A stretch of 64,000 nucleotides of DNA. It comes from Candidatus Binataceae bacterium (lineage in GTDB: Bacteria > Desulfobacterota > Binatia > Binatales > Binataceae). This document shows positions 51,659 to 60,140 of the stretch, in pieces. The notes under the pieces were generated by a model, which searched no databases, was not told the DNA's origin, and saw only the letters and a program-made list of their open reading frames with translations. The stretch covers positions 21,755 to 85,754 of the forward strand of contig DASRHP010000013.1 in NCBI GenBank assembly GCA_035650475.1, written 5' to 3'. The position numbers and the translations under genes were made by a program. The stretch's first letter is position 1, and each line of letters begins with the position of its first letter.

Positions 51659-52705
51659 GTGGATCGTATGCGGGCAGGGCGGCGCCGCGCGCGGGATATT
51701 CGGTTTCTGCCGTGCTGCGCATTGGCGCGCATTGAGCCTCCCTACGCGACGCGCACTCTTGGCTCATGCGCCCGTGGCGCGCTGGGCGCCATTATTTTCG
51801 CGCTGCTCGCCATCGCGGCGAGCGTCAGAACCGCGTCGGCCTCCGAATTCGGGATCAGCACCTATCGCCCCGGCCTGATGGACCTCTACTCGGGCTATCT
51901 GGCCCCTCCCGGAACGCTGATGGTCAAAAACTTCTTCATGTTTCAGGACGCAAACGAGCGCGCGATCACGTCGGACGGGCGAATCGAGGCGCGCAGCCAC
52001 ACGGTCAGCTACACCAACGCAGTCTTCATTGCGTACGTGACGAAATTCTCCGTGCTCGGTTCGTATTGGGGCGTCGGCGTGATTCCGTTGTTTCGGCTCT
52101 CCGAGCAGAGCCTGCGGGTGGGGCCGCGTGGAGTCAGAGGGCCGCGCCAGACCTCGACTTTGGCGGGGCCGGGCGACTTCATCTTCGGGCCGTGCCTGCT
52201 GGGATGGAACTTCGGCCAGTTCCATCTTTCTACCTCGTTGATGTTTTACGCGCCCACCGGCAGCTACGACCGCCAACGGATCATCGACATCGGACTCAAT
52301 CGCTGGGCCTTCGAGCCCGACGTCGGGCTGACCTGGCTGGATGAGCGGACCGGCCGTCACGCCTCGTTGTTCGTCGGCTACACGGTCAACACCGAAAATT
52401 CTTCGACCCACTACCTCAGCGGACAGGAGTTCCATGCCGACTTCGTGCTGGCCCAGCACCTTCCGGGCGACTGGGTGCTGGGGATGGCCGGGTATGCCTT
52501 TCAGCAGACCACCGGCGATTCGGGCAGCGGAGCCTTATTCGGCCCGTTTCGCGGCCGGGTGCTGGCGCTGGGCCCGCTGGTGGGAAAAACGCTCCGGAGC
52601 GCCGAGCTGCCGATCAACTTTTCGCTCAAGTACGATGTCGAGTTTGCGGCGGAGAATCGCTCGACCGGTAACGAGCTATGGTTCAACGCGGCGTTTCGCT
52701 TCTGA
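51659..52705 (+). CDS. outer-membrane beta-barrel channel, phenol-degradation (MetA-pathway) transporter family
   Basis: Signal peptide ... ASA|SEFG, alternating beta-strand pattern, C-terminal aromatic (RF). The start codon is uncertain: about 40 aa precede the signal peptide. Confidence 0.55.
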   Translation: MDRMRAGRRRARDIRFLPCCALARIEPPYATRTLGSCARGALGAIIFALLAIAASVRTASASEFGISTYRPGLMDLYSGYLAPPGTLMVKNFFMFQDANERAITSDGRIEARSHTVSYTNAVFIAYVTKFSVLGSYWGVGVIPLFRLSEQSLRVGPRGVRGPRQTSTLAGPGDFIFGPCLLGWNFGQFHLSTSLMFYAPTGSYDRQRIIDIGLNRWAFEPDVGLTWLDERTGRHASLFVGYTVNTENSSTHYLSGQEFHADFVLAQHLPGDWVLGMAGYAFQQTTGDSGSGALFGPFRGRVLALGPLVGKTLRSAELPINFSLKYDVEFAAENRSTGNELWFNAAFRF

Positions 52706-52905
52706 TTAATCCCTCAGGCACGAGGGCTACGGGAGGCAGCCGTCTCAGGTCTGACACGATTTGGCGTCGTCCGCTGTCGCATGCGGCGTAGGCGGTCAGG
52801 TTTTGCTGTCGGAACAGCTTTTGCGTGAATTCGCTGAGGTTTGCCGCCGGTTTCCACCACTTCCAGCAACATCCATGCGAAGGCGGCTTCGGCTGGCGCA
52901 CTGTC

Positions 52906-55900
52906 ATGGGCGATGAACGAACCTCCACAGCCTCGCTCGAGGTTGGAATGGGCTCGGGAACCGCGGCGGGACGCAGCGGGGCAGGCCGGGTCCTTCTCGA
53001 CTTGCTGCCGGACGCCGCGCTGATTGCCGATCGCAGCGGGACGGTCCTGGCCGCCAACCATAAACTGATTGAGCTGTTTGAGGCCGAAACATCTGAACAG
53101 ATCGTTGGGCGAAAGCTATTCGCGCTCATCGCACCGGAGCAGATGCACGCAGCGATGGGTGCACCACGGAGCTATGGCAGCTCTGTTCACGCCGTGCTTG
53201 ATGCAACAACGCTAAAGGGGAATCCGCTCAGTGTTGAAATCTTCGATCTGCCGTTAGTTACGGATTCCGGTCAGCCCGAATGCATCCTGAGCCTCGCGCG
53301 CGACGTCAGCGCACGCAAGCGCGCCGAGCGCGAGCAGGCGCTGCTCGCCGCGATCGTGCAGAGCGCCGATGCGGCCATTCTCAGCATCACGTTGGACTTT
53401 CGCATCGCGAGCTGGAACGCCGCGGCGGAAAAGCTGTTCGGCTATACGGCCGAGGAAGCCATCGGCCGCCAGCCTACCGAGTTGGTCGTGTTTGCGGCGG
53501 ACAAGGAGCGCGCTTTCACACAGTTCGCCGCCGACGTCGAAGAGTTTCTTCGGGGCAAGCGCGAGGCGCACTATTTTGAGGAAACGCTGCGCCGCAAAGA
53601 CGGCGGTCCGCTTCTCGTGTCGTTCATCGTCTCCGGCGTCTATGACGGCAACGCGGAACTCATCGGCGTGTCGGTCATCGTGCGTGACATTACGGAACAG
53701 AAACGGGCGGAGAGCGCGCGCGCTCGGCTCGCTACAATCGTGGAAGCTTCCGACGACGCGATAATCGGTGTTACCTCCGACTTCCGCGTTGCGACCTGGA
53801 ACCGTGGTGCGCAAAAACTGCTGGGCTTCACCGCCGAGGAGGCGATCGGTCAATCGTGCGATATTTTCATACCATCCGACCAACTCGGTCGCGCCCATGC
53901 CATGTTCGTTTCGGTCGCCGAGCAACCCGACCATGTGCTGCGGTTCGAGGCGCGGTTGCGGCGCAAGGGCGGGGACGAGGTAGAGGCCTCGGTGGTGGCG
54001 GCCGAAGTCCAGGGTGCGGGCGCCGAGATAAGCCAGTCGGTAATCATGCGCGATATCACCGAGCGGCGGCGTGCCGAACGCGAGCAGGCGCTGCTCGCCG
54101 CGATTGTCGAGTCCTCCGGCGACGCTATCGTAAGCGTTGCCCTCGACGGCACCATCACGAGTTGGAACCCTGGGGCTGAAAAACTTTTCGGTTTCACCGC
54201 CGGTGAGGCGGTCGGGAAACCACTGACCATTTTTGTTCCAGCCGATCAACAGGAGCGTACCGCGCGCGTGATTGAAGAGCTCCGGACCCACCCCGGGCGC
54301 GCAATCAGCTTCGAGGCGCCCAATCTCAGGAAGGACGGCAGTCGGATCGAAACCGCGATGACGGTTTTCGGCACCTACGGCCGCGACGGCAGGTTGCTCG
54401 GCATTGCCTCAATCCATCGCGACGCCACCGAGCGGCGGCGTGCCGAACGCGAGCGGGCCCTGCTTGCCGCGATCGTTGAGTCCTCTGAGGACGCCATCAT
54501 CAGCATCGACACCGAGCTGCGCATCACGAGCTGGAACAAGGGCGCCCAAAGGCTGTTCGGATTCACCGCCGAGGAAGCGCTCGGCCGGCCCTTCACGCTG
54601 TTCGTCCAGCCCGAGCGGCGCCAGTATGCCGTCGAGGGCGCTCGACGGAGCCAACGCGGCCTCGTCGAGGTAACCGGACTGGAAGTGAACTGCCAACGCA
54701 AAGACGGCAGCGTAATCGAGGTCTCAATCACCGCCTCGCCCGTCTACGGCCCCGGCGGCGAGGTGATCGGCCAGTCGGCGATCATGCACGACATAACCGA
54801 GCGCAAGCGCGCCGAGCGCGCCCTAATTGCCGCGCAGCGCGAGCTGCGCGCACGGCTCAACCAGCAGGGGGTGGTCGCCCGTCTGGGCCAGCGCGCACTG
54901 GAGCAGATCGATCCGGTCAAGCTGATGGAGGAGGCGGCAGTGTTGCTCGCCGAGACGCTCGGCGTCGAGCGCTCGGCGATTTTCGAGCTTCAGCCGGGGG
55001 GCAAGTCGCTGCTGCTGCGCGCGGGCTACGGCTGGGAGGCGGGCGCGATCGGGCAAGCGACGATGGATGCCGACAAGCAGACCTTGGTCGGTTACACGCT
55101 GGCGGCCAAGGCGCCAGTGGTAGTGAGCGACTTCGGCGCCGAAACCCGCTTCCACCGCGGCCGGCTGGTTGGCGCCGAGGGCGCGGCCAGCGCGCTGGCG
55201 GTGGTGGTCTCCTTCGACGGCGAGCCCTGGGGCGTGCTGGTGGTAGAGAGCAGGGCCACGCGTGAGTTCAACCACGACGACGTCAACTTCGTCCAGGCGC
55301 TCGCCCATATTCTCGCCGAGGCGCTGGTCCGCCAGCGCGCCGAGCAGGAGCTGCGCGCCGCGCGCGACGCCGCACTGGAGTCGGCGCGCGCCAAGTCGGC
55401 CTTCCTTGCCGCGATGAGCCACGAGATTCGCACTCCGCTCAACTCGATCGTCGGCCTTATCGGTCTGCTACTCGACACCCCGCTTACGGCCGAGCAGCGC
55501 GACTTTATGCAGAATATCCTCGCCAGCAGCGATGCCCTGCTCAGCATCATCAACAACGTGCTCGACTTCTCGCGGCTCTCGGCCGGCAAGGTCGTGCTCG
55601 AGGAAATCGAATTCGACCCGCGCGCGGTAACCGAAGGCGCGGCCGACATGGTGGCCGAGACGGCGCAGCGCAAGGGGTTGGAGCTTGCGGTCTCGATCGA
55701 TGAGCGGGTTCCCGCCCGGCTGCGCGGCGACCCTGCGCGTCTGCGCCAGATCCTGATCAACTTGCTCGGCAATGCGGTCAAGTTCACCGAGAAAGGGGAA
55801 GTCGTGGTGCGGGTGAGCCTGGAGAGCGAAACCGACACCACCGCGCATCTGCGCTTTTCGGTCACCGACACCGGCATCGGCATCTCCGAGGAGATGCAGC

Positions 55901-57399
55901 GCATCCTGTTTCGGCCCTTCTCGCAGGCGGACACTTCAACCACGCGCAAGTACGGCGGCACCGGGCTCGGCCTTGCGATCTCTTCGCAGCTGGCCGAGCA
56001 GATGGGCGGCAAGATCGGGGTGAGCAGCCGCCCCGGCCAGGGATCGACTTTCTGGTTCACCGCCGACTTCGCAAAGACGGCGGCAAGCGAGACCCCTCAG
56101 AGCGGCGAGCGCGAGCTCGAGGGCCTGCACGTCCTGATCGTGGACGACAACGCGACCAACCGCTGGATTCTCAGGCATCACGTCGAGTCATGGGGAATGC
56201 GAGCCGACGCGGTGGCAAGCGGTGCCGAAGCACTCGACCTTGTCCGCGACCGCGCGGCCAGTGACCCTTACGCAATCGTCCTGCTCGATTACTTCATGCC
56301 CGAGATGGACGGGCTCGAGCTCGCCAATCGCATCAAGGCCGACCCCGCCAACGCCGACGTGCATCTGGTGATAATGTCTTCGGCGGGGCGGCCGCGCGAG
56401 TTCGGCGCCCGCGCGACGCCGATCGAAGCCTGGCTAACCAAGCCAGTCAAATCGGGGCAGCTCTTTAAGTGCCTCACCGCGCTCCCGCCCCACGACGGTG
56501 AGCGGCCCAGGCGTGCACCTGCGCCGGCCACGCTCACGCCCGCCGAACGTGCGTCTGCAGCGGTCGCGCCGGCCAAGGCGGCGGAGACCGCTGCTCCCGC
56601 GGGCGGCCGCATCCTGCTGGTCGAGGACAATCCGATCAACCAAAAAGTGACGCTCGCTCAGCTGAAGCGGCTCGGCTACGAGGCCGACGGCGCCTCCAAC
56701 GGGCGCGAGGCGCTCCAGGCCATCGAAAGGACGGCCTACGACGCGGTCCTGATGGATTGCCAGATGCCCGAGATGGACGGTTATGAGGCGACTCGCGAGC
56801 TGCGCCGGCGTGAGGCGGGTAAGCGCCATACGGTGGTCATAGCGATGACCGCCTATGGCTTGGCAGGGGACCGCGAAAAGTGCCTGGCTGCCGGGATGGA
56901 CGACTACATCGCCAAACCGGTGCGCAAGGAGCAACTTGCCCAAATACTTCAACGCTGGCTTGCTCCCAAGCCGCAGTCTGCGGTGGCGACCCCGGCCGCT
57001 CCGGCCGGCGCACCCGGCGCCGACGGCGAGGCGCTGTTCGACGTCGCGGTGCTTGGCGCGCTGCGCGGCGAAGGTAAAGAGTTTTTCACTGAACTCACCG
57101 AGATGTTCAACGCCGAAGTGCCAGCGTCGCTCGGCCAGCTCGCCGAGGCGTTCGCCAAGGGCGACGCCGGGGCAGTAGCGACTGTCGCATACCGGATCAA
57201 GGGGGCGGCGGCGATCTTCGGGGCGCGCCGGATGCAGGAGCAGGCCGCTGCGATCGAACAGACGGCGCGCGCGGGTTCGATGGAGTTGGCAGCCACCATG
57301 ATGGAAGAGCTGCGCGCCGAGTTCGAACGGGTGCGGGCGGTCCTTCAGTCCGAGTGCGCCAAGCCCGCTACGCCGACCGACGCGGCGCAATCAAACTGA
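52906..57399 (+). CDS. hybrid sensor histidine kinase (PAS x5, GAF, HisKA, HATPase, REC, REC, HPt-like)
   Basis: ATG 52906 (ORF opens at 52825). Four near-identical PAS modules each introduced by R(K/R)RAERE(Q/R)ALLAAIVES. GAF domain, H-box AMSHEIRTPLNS, two receiver domains with DD...D...K, and a C-terminal HPt-like domain. Confidence 0.88.
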   Translation: MGDERTSTASLEVGMGSGTAAGRSGAGRVLLDLLPDAALIADRSGTVLAANHKLIELFEAETSEQIVGRKLFALIAPEQMHAAMGAPRSYGSSVHAVLDATTLKGNPLSVEIFDLPLVTDSGQPECILSLARDVSARKRAEREQALLAAIVQSADAAILSITLDFRIASWNAAAEKLFGYTAEEAIGRQPTELVVFAADKERAFTQFAADVEEFLRGKREAHYFEETLRRKDGGPLLVSFIVSGVYDGNAELIGVSVIVRDITEQKRAESARARLATIVEASDDAIIGVTSDFRVATWNRGAQKLLGFTAEEAIGQSCDIFIPSDQLGRAHAMFVSVAEQPDHVLRFEARLRRKGGDEVEASVVAAEVQGAGAEISQSVIMRDITERRRAEREQALLAAIVESSGDAIVSVALDGTITSWNPGAEKLFGFTAGEAVGKPLTIFVPADQQERTARVIEELRTHPGRAISFEAPNLRKDGSRIETAMTVFGTYGRDGRLLGIASIHRDATERRRAERERALLAAIVESSEDAIISIDTELRITSWNKGAQRLFGFTAEEALGRPFTLFVQPERRQYAVEGARRSQRGLVEVTGLEVNCQRKDGSVIEVSITASPVYGPGGEVIGQSAIMHDITERKRAERALIAAQRELRARLNQQGVVARLGQRALEQIDPVKLMEEAAVLLAETLGVERSAIFELQPGGKSLLLRAGYGWEAGAIGQATMDADKQTLVGYTLAAKAPVVVSDFGAETRFHRGRLVGAEGAASALAVVVSFDGEPWGVLVVESRATREFNHDDVNFVQALAHILAEALVRQRAEQELRAARDAALESARAKSAFLAAMSHEIRTPLNSIVGLIGLLLDTPLTAEQRDFMQNILASSDALLSIINNVLDFSRLSAGKVVLEEIEFDPRAVTEGAADMVAETAQRKGLELAVSIDERVPARLRGDPARLRQILINLLGNAVKFTEKGEVVVRVSLESETDTTAHLRFSVTDTGIGISEEMQRILFRPFSQADTSTTRKYGGTGLGLAISSQLAEQMGGKIGVSSRPGQGSTFWFTADFAKTAASETPQSGERELEGLHVLIVDDNATNRWILRHHVESWGMRADAVASGAEALDLVRDRAASDPYAIVLLDYFMPEMDGLELANRIKADPANADVHLVIMSSAGRPREFGARATPIEAWLTKPVKSGQLFKCLTALPPHDGERPRRAPAPATLTPAERASAAVAPAKAAETAAPAGGRILLVEDNPINQKVTLAQLKRLGYEADGASNGREALQAIERTAYDAVLMDCQMPEMDGYEATRELRRREAGKRHTVVIAMTAYGLAGDREKCLAAGMDDYIAKPVRKEQLAQILQRWLAPKPQSAVATPAAPAGAPGADGEALFDVAVLGALRGEGKEFFTELTEMFNAEVPASLGQLAEAFAKGDAGAVATVAYRIKGAAAIFGARRMQEQAAAIEQTARAGSMELAATMMEELRAEFERVRAVLQSECAKPATPTDAAQSN

Positions 57400-57455
57400 G
57401 GACTGAGCGCTGCCGCGAGCCGATTTGCGGCCGCGGAGCGGCAGGCAGCAGCGTG

Positions 57456-57489
57456 CCCGGCGCATCCGCCCTCGCGAGGGTGCGCCGGG
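57456..57489. terminator. nested palindrome between convergent genes (possible bidirectional terminator)
   Basis: CCCGGCGCA-tccg-CCCTCGCGAGGG-TGCGCCGGG. Confidence 0.3.
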
Positions 57490-57544
57490 GCACATCGTTT
57501 CTCCAGTTGGACTCTGCGCGATCGTAGGACCGCGCCGCCCCCGG

Positions 57545-57763
57545 TCACTTGCCGCCGGCGGTCGCGCCGTGACGGCGGCTGATGCCGTTGTCGTGGTTGA
57601 ACAGAAGCCCAGCGGCCAACAGGCCCACCCCGAGCATCGTGAGCAGCACGAGCAGAAACGGCGGTGCCACTCCGAGCCGGACGAAGAAGCCGAAACTGAT
57701 TACGAAGGCAAGCATCACGGCCCCTAAGACCACGGCGATGTTTGCGTATCGAGCGCCTTCCAT
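57545..57763 (-). CDS. small two-TM membrane protein (hypothetical)
   Basis: 72 aa. ATG after a GGGAGA RBS. Two hydrophobic helices. Confidence 0.45.
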   Translation of the reverse strand: MEGARYANIAVVLGAVMLAFVISFGFFVRLGVAPPFLLVLLTMLGVGLLAAGLLFNHDNGISRRHGATAGGK

Positions 57764-58883
57764 CTGAAGATTCTCCCTTTTCGAAAGGATTCTGTAATCG
57801 TGTTGAGAGCACGCGCTGTGCCAGCGCGGCGCAGCCACGTACCGCTCGTCAAGCTAGCGGTGGACTGCACCAATGTGCCTGTCATTGCTCGTCGATGGTT
57901 CGCAGACGCCCCGTTGTTCGCATCACCGCGGTGATGCGGGTCCGTCCGTCGCGGAATCGCTCAGCAACGCGAACGCCTGTGTCTGAGACACTTGGGCCGT
58001 CTCACGCTGCGGCATTCGGGCTGCGCTTTGGAGCAAACGGAAGCTGGGAGCGGAAGTGCGATGCAGGCGCGATGAAAATGCGCGCGCTACGCGATGTGGC
58101 AGGGGCAATGGCAGGCGCTGCTCGCGCATCGCCCGTGCCCGCCTGTGACACATTCGATCGTGCGCGCCGCGGGTTCGCCCACGGCCGCCCTTTCTCCTGC
58201 CGACGGGTAATTCGATGAGAAGAGCCTACCCACCAGCCTGGCCGAACGGCGCGCCCACTGCGAGGTCGATAGTCGCGGCGGCAACGCTCTAAGCCAAGTC
58301 CTCAGGTCCGAGGCTTCGTCGGCGCTGGCGGCCGAAGGCGGGTTGGGGATCGCATTAGCTCGAAGATCGCGATCTCTCATGGAGCCAACTCTACGCTATT
58401 CAGGTCAGCAACGAAACCAAATTTCATCGCGCACTGATCCTGATGTCAACAATGCGTGTCATCAAAACGTGTGCGCGACCGCCAATGCCACGCGACCTTA
58501 AGCCTGGGTCGTCAAAAGTTGTGCATAGAAGAGCATGACGCGGCGTCCGCTGAATTACCGCGCAATATGCTTCCCAAATCGGCGCGGGGGCTCGGCTGTC
58601 GTGCGTGCGTTCTTGAAACGCATGCCGGGGGTCCCCCTCTTAACGAACTAACGCCCCCAGCATGCTTCCAAGATCCGTCGCCGGCGACATCGATCACGGA
58701 GCGCCACTCCGGCAGAGCAAAAACGTTGCCGACGAAGGGGCCAGCTAGTCGCAGTCTGAAATTCCGTAGTTTGCGTGGGCGATTCGTTGCGCCGCGGTCG
58801 TCCTCGCCAGATGAGGCGCTAATGTCGGTTTGCGCTCAGCCGATAACTTTTCGTCGAAGTGCCAATCAAACTTAGCGCAATTG

Positions 58884-58911
58884 TTGCACAGGCTGGTCTG
58901 CGCCTGTGCAA
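58884..58911 (-). terminator. hairpin 47 nt downstream of the CheB-like gene
   Basis: TTGCACAGGC-N8-GCCTGTGCAA, a perfect 10 bp stem. No clear U-tract. Confidence 0.3.
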
Positions 58912-58956
58912 CGCCGGCAGGGGCGGACCAAACACGGCGGCGGGGCCGGACCAAAC

Positions 58957-59991
58957 CTAGCGCGCGATGGCGGCGCCGAGTTTGCGCACGGGGGGCCGGC
59001 CGTTGAGCGCCAACCGCCGAATGAACGGCGCAAGCTCCAGCTCGGGGATTACATGGTCAACCGCCCCGGTTGCGATCGCCGCCGCCGGCATCGCGCCGTA
59101 CGCCAGCCCTTCGGGCGAAAGCGCGATGGTCAGGCCCCCCATCTGATGCACCACGCGTATTCCATCGGCGCCGTCCTGCCCGGCGCCACAGAGGATGATC
59201 GCTGCCAGGTGGCGCCCGAAGGCCTGTGCGGCTGAACGGAACAGCACGTCGATCGATGGTTTGGCAAAGTGTTCCGGGGGTTGGTCGCTCAGCGCCAGCC
59301 GCCGCCGTTCGACCGTAAGGTGCGCGTTGGGAGTCGCGATGTAAGCATAGCCGAGATAAAGTGGCGCGCCCTGCATGCCGGGGGCGATGTGCATCCCCGA
59401 ATGGCGAGCCAAGATGGCCGGAAGGACGCTGGGGCCGGTGCGTCCAAGATGCTGGACGACGACCAGCGTGACCGGCAGCTCGGCGTCCAGCTGCGGCATC
59501 AGGTCGGTGAGCACTCCGAGGCCGCCAGCTGAGGCGCCGATGACGATAATGTCGATACGCCGGCGCTCCCAGCGTCGAAGCTGCTCGACGATGACCTCGC
59601 TTAATCGGTCCATCGTCGCATTGACGAATATCGCTGATTCCGTCTTGCTGCCGGTAGGGAGGAAGGCTTCCAGCGTGCGCCGCCAGATATCCATTACGTC
59701 GCGCGCCTCGCGCTCGGAAGCGCCCGCCAGCGCGCCCGCGACCACCTGCTTGCGCGCGCCCGCGGTCAGCGGCGCGAGCGCGCCGCTGTACAGCGAGGCC
59801 AGGAACAATTCGAGGAAGCTTGACGACTCGCTGTGCAGGCGATCGGGCGCCGAGCGGCGACGAATGTCGGGCAGTCCGCTGCCGATCGCGCTGGCGATAA
59901 GCAGATGCTGGTTCTGGCGCAGAAACTCGCCCAGGTCCGGCGGCGGCGAGTAAAAGCTGTGTACGGGATGTCGGCCGAGCCTTTCTTTCAC
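58957..59991 (-). CDS. CheB-type protein-glutamate methylesterase domain protein (no receiver domain, unknown N-terminal domain)
   Basis: C-terminal 190 aa match the CheB catalytic domain (IGASAGG, VVVQHLG, GAGQDGADG). N-terminal about 150 aa unassigned. Confidence 0.75.
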   Translation of the reverse strand: MKERLGRHPVHSFYSPPPDLGEFLRQNQHLLIASAIGSGLPDIRRRSAPDRLHSESSSFLELFLASLYSGALAPLTAGARKQVVAGALAGASEREARDVMDIWRRTLEAFLPTGSKTESAIFVNATMDRLSEVIVEQLRRWERRRIDIIVIGASAGGLGVLTDLMPQLDAELPVTLVVVQHLGRTGPSVLPAILARHSGMHIAPGMQGAPLYLGYAYIATPNAHLTVERRRLALSDQPPEHFAKPSIDVLFRSAAQAFGRHLAAIILCGAGQDGADGIRVVHQMGGLTIALSPEGLAYGAMPAAAIATGAVDHVIPELELAPFIRRLALNGRPPVRKLGAAIAR

Positions 59992-60140
59992 GGGTCCGCC
60001 TCGCTTCGGGAATGCCTCTGTGGGCGGCCGCCGCCCGGGGACCTCTGTATGCCGCCCGTCCGCGCCGGACGTTGCAGCACCGACAGACCGCTTCTATGAT
60101 TAGGCAGCCTTGAGCCTTTGGGGGGGCGCTCGCAGCCGCC

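Noticed and set aside
57742-58218. 158 aa plus-strand ORF
   Set aside because: Overlaps the better-supported small membrane protein gene on the opposite strand and the palindrome-rich spacer. No RBS.
58456-58875. 139 aa ORF in the 1.1 kb spacer
   Set aside because: No RBS, no family resemblance, atypical composition. The region is better explained as non-coding and repeat-rich.
57840-58956. tmRNA, RNase P RNA, SRP RNA or 6S RNA in the ORF-free spacer
   Set aside because: No TTCGAATCC-type T-loop with CCA acceptor, no RNase P or SRP conserved boxes seen by eye. Left as an unassigned structured region.
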